A model generated the notes under the pieces. It was not told where the DNA came from and searched no databases. It worked only from the letters and a program-made list of their open reading frames with translations. Shown one piece after another: positions 9,020 to 18,638 of a stretch of 64,000 bases of DNA. How positions within the stretch are numbered: position 1 is the stretch's first letter; every line of letters begins with the position of its first letter. The position numbers and the translations under genes were made by a program. Location of the stretch: assembly GCA_963701965.1 (NCBI GenBank), contig OY969695.1, positions 2,400,001 to 2,464,000 of the forward strand. The letters are read 5' to 3'. Source of the stretch: an uncultured Gemmatimonadales bacterium. Lineage in GTDB: Bacteria; Gemmatimonadota; Gemmatimonadetes; Gemmatimonadales; Gemmatimonadaceae.

Positions 9020-9289
9020 ATGCGTACTTCCGAACCCAACACCGGTGAGCGCGTGCGGGACGTGCGGATCACAGAAGATGCTGTCAGCATCGATCTCGTC
9101 GACGGGCGGACGCTTGTTGTCCCACTTGCATGGTTCCCGCGCCTGCTGCACGCCACGCCCGAGCAGCGCGCGCACTGCAAGATCGCTGGCGGCGGTTTCG
9201 GCATCCACTGGCCGGATATTGATGAAGACCTAAGCACGGCCGGGATGCTTCGGGGCGGACCGGGACCTCGGACGCTGGCAACCGCCTAG
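9020..9289 (+). CDS. DUF2442-family protein (putative antitoxin-like)
   Basis: IDLVDGRTLVVPLAWFPRLLHATPEQR...GIHWPDIDEDLS. Confidence 0.85.
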   Translation: MRTSEPNTGERVRDVRITEDAVSIDLVDGRTLVVPLAWFPRLLHATPEQRAHCKIAGGGFGIHWPDIDEDLSTAGMLRGGPGPRTLATA

Positions 9290-9408
9290 TCTGGGGTCAC
9301 CCGCGCGCTCAGTCGCACCCAGGGCCCAACTTTCGGTTGTGCGCGCCGGCTTGGCGAATCAGTATCGTGGGTTGGCCTCGGCCTCAACTCCTGGCAGCAA
9401 TACGGCAA

Positions 9409-11442
9409 TCAATCCGCGTTGGAGAATCTGGCGTTGACGCTCTTAAACAAGGCCGCAAACCTGTCGAGAGTCGGGTCATCGATTTCGGCCGCCGGACTGC
9501 TCACGAGCGTCTTGGCGACCGCATAGTGGTTGTAGCCGCCTGATGGTCTCAGCTCGACGCCCTCCTTCTCTAACCATTGGTTGACCCGCTCGACGATCCG
9601 ATCGCCGGGCGGAAGGTCCGCCTCTTTGATCTGCTTGCTGCCGAGCTCCTTCTCGAACGTCCTGTTGAAGAGCTCGACGTAAACCTTGGGGGAGATGAGA
9701 TCCTCGATGTCGCTGGCGCGTAGACCTGGCGTTGCTTTCGAGCCTTTCGCTGACTTGGTGTGAGATCCATCACGGAAAGCGGCGTACATCACGAGTTGCT
9801 TCTCACGCAGGATTTTCTCGCGAATCAGAGAGTCCAACCGAGCATCCGACCGCCCCGAATAATCGGACACGACGACTAGTTCGAGCGCGTTGGCGCCGAG
9901 CAGCGCGACGAACGTTGCGATCTTGTCGAGACCGCCCACAGGCGTGATTACAACGTCAGTGCGCAGCGCCTCACGCCCGCTAGCTTCGCATTCAGCGGAG
10001 AAGAACTGCAAGTATGCAAGGTCGGCCACTCCCTCGACGACCAGGTTTCGCTTGGCGATGAAGAGGTTCTGAGCAACTGTATACCCGAGGGCAGCCTGAA
10101 GTGGGAACAGCGTCTTCGAGTCAGAACCGTCAACCCGGTCGAATACCTTGGTCCCTACTTCGTCGCGATCCTCGACCACTCTGACCTGTACGAGCCGGTC
10201 CGAGTGTACCATGAACGGGGAGTGAGTGGTGTAGATGACTTGATGCTGCGTCGCCAGGTCGTCAATGTAGCGGAGCAGATCGGCTTGGGCCAGCGCATGA
10301 AGACTCAGGCCAGGCTCATCCAATAGGAGAATCAACGGAGCGGCGACGGCACCACCTGCATCAATCGCTCGTTGCTTTACGCTGTCGAACCAAACAAGAA
10401 AGCTGAAGAACCAGATGAACCCCTTACTACGCTGACTAAATGGGACGGTCACACGATGCCGTTGGTTCTTGATGCGAATGTACAGGTTCGGCCCATTGTT
10501 GAACGGTGCGACATCTGTCGGGTCATCGCGAATGTCCACGACCACTTCCAGGGTCTTGTTTTGCCGCCAGTACTTAAAGATCTGATCCGTGATCCTATTC
10601 GAGACACCCTCCAGCTTCGCCCTCGCCGATTCGTAGCCCGTCTGTTTCAACAACTCGTCGAGATTTACGCGGGCCATTTGAAGCAGCGCGAGGACCGCTT
10701 GCTCCTCGCCAGTCAGACGCAGGGCTTTGTTGGCACGCGCGCTCTGAACCCGTGAGTGAAGGGTGTTGAGGTTTGCCTTGCCTGGCAGCAACCGATAATC
10801 GTCAAAGTAGAAGAACCGTGGAACGCGAAGAGCCAAATATTTTTCCCATAACTCCCACTCCAAGACATTCTCCCAGCCTGAGCTGCCGAAACGAGCATGG
10901 AGCCCCTTGAGAAAGGCGTCGCCCTCGGCTGTCAAATCCTTACCATCTAGCAGCGCAATGAGGGCTTTTATGCTGGTCGCTGCGCGCGCTGCTTGTGCAA
11001 TCGATTCAGGGAGCGGTATGTCCTTGAGGAGGTGCTTCACGTAGACCGATTCGTTTACCGCTTGGGCTATCTCAACTTTGCCGGGACCTTGGTATTCCTC
11101 CTTCACGCCAAGCTGAAATGGCTTGAGCAGCGCAATCCCTAATGCGTCGTTCACCACTTGCACATCCCGCTCGTCTACCTGGTAGCGAAGAGACGAAACG
11201 ATCGCCTTCTTGTTTGGGTGAAGGTCCTCGAACCGAGTCAGGTCTTTTCGCGGATACTCCTCGGTCACATCGAATCCCTGGTCTTCGGAGAAGACCGGAT
11301 TTGACTGGTAGAGCGCCTGCAAAAACGCGGTTTTGCCTGCCTCGTTCTGGCCGACAAGGACGGTTGTCTTGGCGTCGATTGGCACAGCGCCACTGTCGTC
11401 GATCGACTTGTATCGTGTTACCTGCGCGCTAAGTAGTTGCAT
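9409..11442 (-). CDS. OLD-like ATP-dependent nuclease (ABC-type ATPase + TOPRIM)
   Basis: YKSIDDS, Walker A GQNEAGKT, signature RSKGFIWF, Walker B LLLDEPG, H-loop TTHSP, TOPRIM LVVEGVAD, DIEDL. Confidence 0.85.
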   Translation of the reverse strand: MQLLSAQVTRYKSIDDSGAVPIDAKTTVLVGQNEAGKTAFLQALYQSNPVFSEDQGFDVTEEYPRKDLTRFEDLHPNKKAIVSSLRYQVDERDVQVVNDALGIALLKPFQLGVKEEYQGPGKVEIAQAVNESVYVKHLLKDIPLPESIAQAARAATSIKALIALLDGKDLTAEGDAFLKGLHARFGSSGWENVLEWELWEKYLALRVPRFFYFDDYRLLPGKANLNTLHSRVQSARANKALRLTGEEQAVLALLQMARVNLDELLKQTGYESARAKLEGVSNRITDQIFKYWRQNKTLEVVVDIRDDPTDVAPFNNGPNLYIRIKNQRHRVTVPFSQRSKGFIWFFSFLVWFDSVKQRAIDAGGAVAAPLILLLDEPGLSLHALAQADLLRYIDDLATQHQVIYTTHSPFMVHSDRLVQVRVVEDRDEVGTKVFDRVDGSDSKTLFPLQAALGYTVAQNLFIAKRNLVVEGVADLAYLQFFSAECEASGREALRTDVVITPVGGLDKIATFVALLGANALELVVVSDYSGRSDARLDSLIREKILREKQLVMYAAFRDGSHTKSAKGSKATPGLRASDIEDLISPKVYVELFNRTFEKELGSKQIKEADLPPGDRIVERVNQWLEKEGVELRPSGGYNHYAVAKTLVSSPAAEIDDPTLDRFAALFKSVNARFSNAD

Positions 11443-11920
11443 GGTTCGCTTATGGACCTGAGAGCCCAGGAGGTAAGAAATCACTGGCGTCCGTGTGCGC
11501 CGACTCGATCGGTGTCTGCGTCCGCGCGATTACACCTACTTCCTAAGTGGTCTTGAGGTGATGGGCGCGCACCCGGCCATATCTTACCTGCAAATGCCGA
11601 GGTTGGCTACGGACGTTTGTCTCAAGGTCGATAGGTGTGACGAGCGACTCTTGAATGGTCCGGCCCTGGGCAGCCGACGCTCTGATGGGGGATGACGTAG
11701 CGTGAAGAGCAACGCCTTCGGCGTTGGAGTGGCTCGCCCACGAGAACGCTTGTCGCATTTGAAGTTGCGAGTGCTGGCGAACTGTGGGCACTCTCGTGGG
11801 CGCCCTCAGCGAGAAAGGGCGGCTTCCCCTGTACTCCGTGGGAACCGCCCTCTTCGCTAAGCCGACTGCAACGAGCTACTTGGCAATCAGGTGCACTCTC
11901 GTATCGTTTTCAACCCAGCC

Positions 11921-12026
11921 TTTGCAGACCGCTGCCTTACCACTTGGCTACCGCGCCAGAAACAGCCCGTAAGCTATTCTTGCTAATTGACTTGAACAAG
12001 TCGGGCCGGTTACCCGACTGGTTGGC
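11921..12026. repeat. Copy 2 of tRNA-Cys 5' half plus promoter (att junction)
   Basis: Identical to 5322-5385, similarity continues about 40 bp further; tRNA match stops at the anticodon loop. Confidence 0.95.
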
Positions 12027-12064
12027 GCTCTGTGCGTCGCTCGCGTTCGTGAAGCGGCGGCGCA

Positions 12065-13022
12065 TCACTTCGACGTCGGCGAGGCATGTTGCTCGATGAG
12101 GTCGGCAACCTCGTCCGGCTGATCCTGAACGTCGTAGTGCACGGCACCGGGGATCACGGCGGCCTCGACGTGCGCAAATCCGTTGGCGCGGAGAGCTGCA
12201 ACTGTCCTTGGAACCACCGTCGCGAAGGATGATTTGTCTCCGCCGGCGAGGAGCAATGGTACGTTGTTCGGCCCACGCTGCGCTGCATTTAATTCCGCGT
12301 CGGCGGGAAACGCCCGGTACATCTCGAGCACCGCGTGGAGCTGCGCGGGAGTCGAGTAGGCGTTCGCGTAGTGAGCCCGTTCGGCTGGGGTGAACTTGCT
12401 GAAGTTGAAGAAGTAGCCGAGGTAATCGGCCTGCCGGCCGGCGACGAGCTTCTCGGCAAGACCCGGAACCTGCATGAATCCAACGTGCCAGACGCCGTTC
12501 ATGCTCTCGTCCCATCCCGCAATGCCTGGAATGGGCGCATCGAGGATCATTGCGCCGCGCAAAGCCTGTGGATCATGGCGAACCAGCGCATACGCCACTA
12601 TCCCGCCGAGGTCGTGCCCGACGATGTAGACGCCTTGCAATTTGAGAACCGTTATGAGCTGCTCTATGTCCGCCGCCACATTGCCCGCGTCGTAGCCGCC
12701 GGACGTCGCCTTCGAGCCACCGATCCCGCGCAGATCGACCGCGATGACCGTGAACCGCTTCGCCAGTCGTGGCATGATGGCGTGATATGCGAACCAGTCC
12801 TGCGGAAAGCCGTGAATCAGGATGATGGCCGGGCCTTTTCCGCCGCGTACATAGTGAATCGTGGTCCCATTCACCATCGCGGTCTCCGACGCGAAATCCG
12901 GGCCCAGTCCTGTCTCCAACGGACCCGGTGTTCCCTGCGCCTGGGTTCGAGAAGGGGATGGCGCCGTACACGGCGAGCGCGGGCAGGATGAAGGCGCTTA
13001 GACGACTGACGCGGATACGCAA
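12065..13022 (-). pseudogene. Secreted alpha/beta hydrolase (epoxide hydrolase-like), frameshifted near 12940
   Basis: HGFPQDW, VGHDLGG nucleophile Asp, GAVHY; the signal peptide MRIRVSRLSAFILPALAVYGA is in a different frame from AQGTPGPLETGLG. Confidence 0.75.
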
Positions 13023-13126
13023 CTGTTGAGTGATTAGAGTGGGCTACTCGAACGCCGCGGCGACTGTCGCGATCGAGTGCTACTAGCACTCAGGTGCACT
13101 CTCGCACCGTCGAGACGCTCGCCTTG

Positions 13127-13205
13127 GCAGACCGCTGCCTTGCCACTTGGCTACCGCGCCAGAAACAGCCCGCAAGCTATTTCGACTGAGCCACTTGAAC
13201 AAGCC
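13127..13205. repeat. Copy 3 (diverged) of tRNA-Cys 5' half plus promoter
   Basis: GCAGACCGCTGCCTTGCCACTTGGCTACCGCGCCAGAAACAGCCCGCAAGCTATT...ACTTGAACAAGCC. Confidence 0.9.
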
Positions 13206-13215
13206 AGCCGAACGA

Positions 13216-14088
13216 TCAGTGCTCGGCAGGCGCCGCGGCAATGTGCCGCCATACCCGATCATTGCGCGTCCCCAGCCGGCCGTCGGGACCGACGTCGATG
13301 ACGTCGAAGTATCGACCGTGTGGCACGTAGCGGTAGGCAAAGCCGGCCACGTTGGTGAGGAACGGAGCGGACGGCAGACGCCGAAGTACTGGATCGTCCG
13401 TCGGATACGCCTCACGCGCCGTGCGCGGGAGACGGCCATGCTTCGCGAAGAACCAGCGCACCAGATTGCTGAACATGGTGGGGCCGGTCCCATTGGTGTC
13501 ACGCTTATTCCGCTCGAATCCGGCCAGCGCCCGAGCGGCCCCTAGTACCGTGTCCACCGGCTCGGCCGCGGCCCATGCGGATAACGCCGCCGTGCGCGCC
13601 CGCCATGATGCGGTGTCCGCCGTATCGCACGTGACCCGCAGCGCCAGCACCTTGGCCCACGGCTGACCGAGAAACGGTATCTGGTCCGTCTCCATATCCG
13701 CGGTCCCGCGCAAGGTGTCCGGAGCCCACGCCAAGGCAAAGCTGGTCTGACCGCCCAGACAGATGCCGCCGTCCACCATGCACGGATCCCAGTACACCCT
13801 GATCGAGTCGTGCGTCGTCCGGCGCCAGTCCGACGCGTAACCCACGCGGTGCCGCTCCTGCTCGCGTGGCACGGCACTCACGAAACGCGTCGTATCGCCG
13901 CCGCGCACCGAATCGACGTCGGATCGCAACTCCAGGCGCTTTGGCGTCAGATATTTCGACGGTCGTGCGCGGTCCAGCACGTCCGGAAACACCGGGCCGT
14001 AGGCGAGCGCGTAACATCCCGCCACAGTTTGCGCCCGAGCGCCACAGGACAAGAACACCGTGGCCAGCATCGCAAAAACTCGAGTCAT
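13216..14088 (-). CDS. Hypothetical exported protein with C-terminal GspG/pseudopilin-like segment
   Basis: Signal peptide MTRVFAMLATVFLSCGARAQ; C-terminal HGRLP...YRY...FDVIDVGPDGRLGTRND. Confidence 0.55.
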   Translation of the reverse strand: MTRVFAMLATVFLSCGARAQTVAGCYALAYGPVFPDVLDRARPSKYLTPKRLELRSDVDSVRGGDTTRFVSAVPREQERHRVGYASDWRRTTHDSIRVYWDPCMVDGGICLGGQTSFALAWAPDTLRGTADMETDQIPFLGQPWAKVLALRVTCDTADTASWRARTAALSAWAAAEPVDTVLGAARALAGFERNKRDTNGTGPTMFSNLVRWFFAKHGRLPRTAREAYPTDDPVLRRLPSAPFLTNVAGFAYRYVPHGRYFDVIDVGPDGRLGTRNDRVWRHIAAAPAEH

Positions 14089-14161
14089 ATGAGATACTGG
14101 ACGCCGGCCCACCGCACGCTTGCACACGTAACCAGTAGCGACCAGCGACCGTAGGGACCGC

Positions 14162-15688
14162 ATGCGCACCAGTACGAAGCCGACATCGCCCTCCGCGCCG
14201 CTCCTCATCGCCCTAGCCCTCCTGGCCGTCCACGGCGCCACCAACGCGCTCACGCCATACGGCGTGCACCGCGACGAGTTCCTGTACGTGGCCATGGGCC
14301 GCCACTTCGCGCTGTGGCGCATGGATGGCCCCCCGCTCATCGGCGCCATCGCCGCGATCGAGACGGCCATCGCCGGCCCCTCGCTGTTCGTGCTGCGCTT
14401 CCTCCCCGCCATCGCCGGCGCGCTGATCGGCCTGATCGCCGCGATGACCGCCCGCGCGATGGGCGGAGGCCGATTCGCGCAAACAATGACCGCCCTCGCG
14501 GTCGGCTGCAACGTGATGCTGCTCGGCTCCGCCAATCTCCTCCAACCCGTTGTCTTCGACCAACTGTGGTGGACCGTCGCGCTCTACGCCACCACGCGAC
14601 TGGTGCGCGACGATCGGCCGCCGTGCTGGGTGTTGCTGGGCGTCGCCGGCGGCCTCGGGCTCCTCACCAAGTTCATCGTCGCCATCCTCGCCTGGAGCCT
14701 CGTCGCCGCCGCCGCCCTCACGCGCGCCACGCGGCGACCCGTGCCCATCAACTGGCGCGGCATCGCCCTCGCCGCGGGACTCGCGCTGGCCATCGGCAGC
14801 CCCAGTCTCATCGGCCAGCTCCGCTTGGGCTTTCCCCTGTTCGGCCAACTCCAAGAGCTCCACCACTCGCAACTCACCCACATCACCGCGATCGACTGGT
14901 TCCTGCAGATCGCGCTGCTCGGCCCCACATCACTCCTCGCCGCCGCCGGCGCCATCGCCCTCATCGCCGACACCAAGCTCTCCGAGTTCCGCGTCGTCGG
15001 ACTCGCCTGCGCCATCGCGTTCACCACCATCCTGCTCCTGCACGGCAAGCACTACTACGCCGGACCCGTGTATCCAACGTTGTTCGCCGCCGGCGCCGTC
15101 TGGCTCGAGCGACGCACCGCGCGGGCGCGCATGACATCCGTGGTCCTCACCGTCCTGTGGGGCATCCAAGCCGCCCCGTTCGCGCTCCCCATTTTGCCTC
15201 CACCGCTGATGGCGCATTACGCCGCGCTCCTCGGCGTCACATTGACCCTGCACACCGACAAAGGCGAGCCCGTCGCCCTCCCGTCGGATTACGCCGACAT
15301 GCTCGGCTGGCCCCAACAAGTGGCCGCCGTGGCCCGCGTCTACGACACGCTCAGTCCCGCCGAGCGGCAACAGACCGTCATCCTCGCGCTCAACTACGGC
15401 GAGGCCGGCGCGCTCGACTTCTACGGCCCGCGCTTCGGCCTTCCACCCGCCCTCACCAATCAAGGCACGTACTACCTGTGGGGCCCCGGTCCACGCACCG
15501 GCGCCATCGCGATCGCCATCGGCCCCCACCGCGACCGCCTCGCGGCCCTCTACGACACCGTCACACTCGCCGCGCGCATCGACGAGCCACGCGCGGTCCC
15601 CGAGGAACAACATTTGGAGATTTTCCTGTGTCGCAGCGCGCACGAGACCGTCCAACAACTGTGGCCCCGACTCGCCGGACGCTACTGA
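14162..15688 (+). CDS. Glycosyltransferase family 39 (ArnT/PMT-like) membrane protein
   Basis: YGVHRDEFLY, PPL, LGLLTKF, many TM helices, NYGEAGA. Confidence 0.85.
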   Translation: MRTSTKPTSPSAPLLIALALLAVHGATNALTPYGVHRDEFLYVAMGRHFALWRMDGPPLIGAIAAIETAIAGPSLFVLRFLPAIAGALIGLIAAMTARAMGGGRFAQTMTALAVGCNVMLLGSANLLQPVVFDQLWWTVALYATTRLVRDDRPPCWVLLGVAGGLGLLTKFIVAILAWSLVAAAALTRATRRPVPINWRGIALAAGLALAIGSPSLIGQLRLGFPLFGQLQELHHSQLTHITAIDWFLQIALLGPTSLLAAAGAIALIADTKLSEFRVVGLACAIAFTTILLLHGKHYYAGPVYPTLFAAGAVWLERRTARARMTSVVLTVLWGIQAAPFALPILPPPLMAHYAALLGVTLTLHTDKGEPVALPSDYADMLGWPQQVAAVARVYDTLSPAERQQTVILALNYGEAGALDFYGPRFGLPPALTNQGTYYLWGPGPRTGAIAIAIGPHRDRLAALYDTVTLAARIDEPRAVPEEQHLEIFLCRSAHETVQQLWPRLAGRY

Positions 15689-15706
15689 CGCGACTATGTT
15701 TGCATC

Positions 15707-15916
15707 GTGTCGACGGACGAGCCGCGAACAGTGCGCGACCGCGCGCAGTTGGAGTACACCCTGCGCGGCGGCCAGATCTACGTGACCTACCCGCCGTCGT
15801 ACACTGGCGGATTCCCCATCGGCGACGTCCCGCCGTGGTACGAGACCAACCCCCCGAACGAGATCACACGCGAACGCGTGGCGCTCTGGCAGGAGTTGCA
15901 ACGCGGCACGGCGTGA
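15707..15916 (+). CDS. Small hypothetical protein
   Basis: ORF fills the intergenic gap; TATGTT -10 six bases before GTG. Confidence 0.5.
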   Translation: MSTDEPRTVRDRAQLEYTLRGGQIYVTYPPSYTGGFPIGDVPPWYETNPPNEITRERVALWQELQRGTA

Positions 15917-15962
15917 ACGTCGCGCCGCGCGCGCCCGAACCACGACACCCGAGGCCGACGAC

Positions 15963-18022
15963 ATGACCGCTCGTGCACGCCTTGCCGTCCTCGGCGCGAT
16001 GATGTGCTTCGTCGCGCCGACCCTCAACGCCGACCCGCCATCGCGCGCCGGTCGCCTGGCGCTCATGACCGGCACGGTGTCCATACGCCCCGCCGGCGAT
16101 TCCGAATGGGCCGCGGCCACCCCCAACCGGCCGCTCACCACCGGCGACCGGGTATGGACCGACACCAACTCCCGCGCTGAAATCCAGATCGGGTCGACCG
16201 TGCTCCGACTCTCCAGTCAGACCGAAGTCGACATCCTGAACCTCGACGACCAGACCCTCCAGGTCAGCATCCCCCAAGGGACGGTCACGACACGCGTCCG
16301 GCGGCTCGACAGCGGCCAGGGCGCCGAGCTGGATACCCCCAACTCCGCGGTCGAGGTCGGCGGCGCCGGCGAATATCGCATCGACGTCTCGCCCGACGGC
16401 ACCAAATCCACCATCGAAGTCTGGGGCGGCGGCGTCACCATCACATCCGCCGGCTCCTCGTTCCAGCTCAAAGACAAACAAGTCGCCACGATCAACGGCA
16501 CCGACGCCCCGACGTACGAGGTCACCGACCTCGGCGCCCCTGACGCCTGGGACCAATGGGTCGACGGCCGGGACCACCGCACCGATGCCTCCGCCTCCGC
16601 CCAATACGTGTCCCCCGAAGTCGGCGGCTACGAAGATCTCGATGATTACGGCACGTGGCGCGACGACCCCACGTACGGCGCCGTGTGGGTGCCAACCCGC
16701 GTCGAGCCCACCTGGGTCCCCTATCACTACGGACACTGGGTCTGGACCGGCCCGTGGGGATGGACCTGGGTCGATGACGCACCCTGGGGATGGGCCCCGT
16801 TCCACTACGGCCGCTGGGCCTATATCGACGACCGGTGGGCGTGGTGCCCCGGACGCGTCTACGCGCGCCCCGTCTATGCCCCCGCGCTCGTCGCGTTCGT
16901 CGGCGGCTCCCGGTGGAACGTGTCCGGGTCGTTCGGCGCCGGCGGCGGCGTCGGCTGGTTCCCGCTCGCGCCCGAAGAAGTGTGGTACCCACCATACCAC
17001 GTCACGAACGTCTACGTCCGCAACGTCAACTACACCAACGTCACGAACGTCACCAACATCACGTACGTGACGAACGTCACCAACGTCAACTATCGCAATC
17101 GCGCGGTCCCGGGCGCGTTCGTGGCCGTCCCGCGCAATGCGTTCCAGAACGGGGCACCGGTCTACCGCTCCGCCGTTCGCGTCCCGGCCGCCGACATCGC
17201 GCGCGCGCCGTATGTGGGCGCCGCCCCCATCGTCCCCAACCGGCGCAGCCTGGTGCCGGTCGTCTCGCAACACCGCCCGCCCGCGACCATCGTCAACCGG
17301 CCCGTGATGGCCCGCCGCTCGCCGCCCGCGAGCGTACCCTTCGACGCGCAACAGAAGGCGCTGGCCGCGCACCCCGGCCGGCCCGTCAGCTCCACGCAGC
17401 TCCAGACCCTGCGGCGCGCCGCGCCCCCCCCACGGTCGCCGTGCGCCCCGCCGCCACACCGCCCCGACCCGGCGTGACGTTGCAGCCCGCGCGGCCCAAC
17501 GCGCCCGCGACGCCCGATGCGCCACAACCTCGGCCCGTAGCCCGTCCCGGATTCGGCCCGCCGCCCCGCGTGGTGACCGCGACCCCCGTCACACCGCGGC
17601 CGATGCCGACCGCGACTGGACCCGCTCCCTCGCCGCCGAGCGCGCCGAGCGCGCCGGGTGCGCCGGGTGCGACGGGTGCCCCGCGTGCACCCGCGGCGCC
17701 GGCACGCCCGACCACGCCGCAGCCCCCACCGCGTCCCACGATCACATCGGCCCCGTCACCGCGCTCCACGCTCGCCCGCTCGTACAACACCCAGCGGAAC
17801 CAGATGGAGCAGCGGCATATGCAGCAGGAAGTGTCGCCGCCCGCCGGTGCCGCGCCCGAGGACGTGGCCAAACAACAGGCCGTCGAACACCGCGCGCTGG
17901 ATGACCGCTATGTCCAAGCGCGCGCCGCCGGCGCACGCACGATGCCGCCCGCGCCCAAAGCATCAGCGCCGCCCCCTCCGCCGCGCCCCAGCGCGCCGCC
18001 CCCGTCGCGCAAACCTCACTGA
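15963..18022 (+). CDS. FecR-like/DUF6600 exported protein with Pro-rich tail, split by a frameshift at a C8 tract (17424-17431)
   Basis: PNRPLTTGDRVWT, DLDDYGTW, WVPYHYGHW, PWGWAPFHYGRW, VGWFPLAP; Pro-rich continuation in the frame of ORF 16790..18022. Confidence 0.8.
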
Positions 18023-18045
18023 CGACCCGCCACCCGGAGGTCAGC

Positions 18046-18615
18046 ATGTTTCCGCTCGTCTCCACCCTCGCGCGCTCCCTGATCTGGCGCGGCGCACTGG
18101 GCGTCCTGATCGGCGTCCTCGCCCTCTGGTTCCCGCTCTCCGCCATCGGCGGCATCGTCCTCCTGTTCGCGATCTACGCCCTGGCCGACGCCGGCATGGC
18201 GCTGGCCCACGCGTTCACCGGTGACACGGGAACCAGCCGCTGGCCGTACGTGTTGGAGGCGATAACGGGCGTCGCCCTCGGCATCATTGCCTTGCTGCGT
18301 CCGGGCGCAGCGACCGCGCTGCTCCTGACACTGCTCGCCGTGTGGTCGCTCGTCATCGGCGTCTTCCGCCTCATGGCCGCCGTCCGCCTGCGCAAGGTCA
18401 TAACCGGTGAATGGCTCCTGGTCTTGAGCGGCGTGCTGGCGATCATCGTCGGACTATGGCTACTCGCCGCACCGACGGTCGTGGGCGCGTACGCCGTCGG
18501 CACGGTGATTGGCGCCTACGCGCTCGTATTCGGCGGCCTCGCGCTGATGCAAGGCCTGCGATTGCAGATGGCCGTCCGGCGCCATAAAGGAAACGCATCC
18601 GCGACCAACGCCTAA
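18046..18615 (+). CDS. HdeD/DUF308 membrane protein
   Basis: LIWRGALGVLIG, LFAIYALADA, EWLLVLSG; six TM segments; GGAGG RBS. Confidence 0.85.
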   Translation: MFPLVSTLARSLIWRGALGVLIGVLALWFPLSAIGGIVLLFAIYALADAGMALAHAFTGDTGTSRWPYVLEAITGVALGIIALLRPGAATALLLTLLAVWSLVIGVFRLMAAVRLRKVITGEWLLVLSGVLAIIVGLWLLAAPTVVGAYAVGTVIGAYALVFGGLALMQGLRLQMAVRRHKGNASATNA

Positions 18616-18638
18616 GCTGGGCCCCACGTAGTACGCGC

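Larger units (their letters stand above)
5322..11920. mobile_element. Degraded integrative element A at tRNA-Cys (about 6.6 kb)
   Basis: Flanked by a 64-bp identical direct repeat (5322-5385 = 11921-11984); xis/integrase relics next to the tRNA; visibly AT-richer than the flanks. Confidence 0.85.
11921..13126. mobile_element. Minimal integrated segment B (about 1.2 kb) between tRNA-half copies 2 and 3
   Basis: Bounded by direct repeats; carries only the hydrolase gene; no integrase. Confidence 0.65.

Noticed and set aside
9409..11442. Gabija or retron system
   Set aside because: No GajB helicase or reverse transcriptase in the island
11921..13160. Additional functional tRNA-Cys genes
   Set aside because: Copies 2 and 3 lack the T-arm and a proper 3' acceptor strand; copy 3 also has an altered anticodon loop
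17000..17095. ACGAACGTC/ACCAACGTC short repeats as a DNA-level element
   Set aside because: Explained by the NVT-rich low-complexity peptide typical of this protein type
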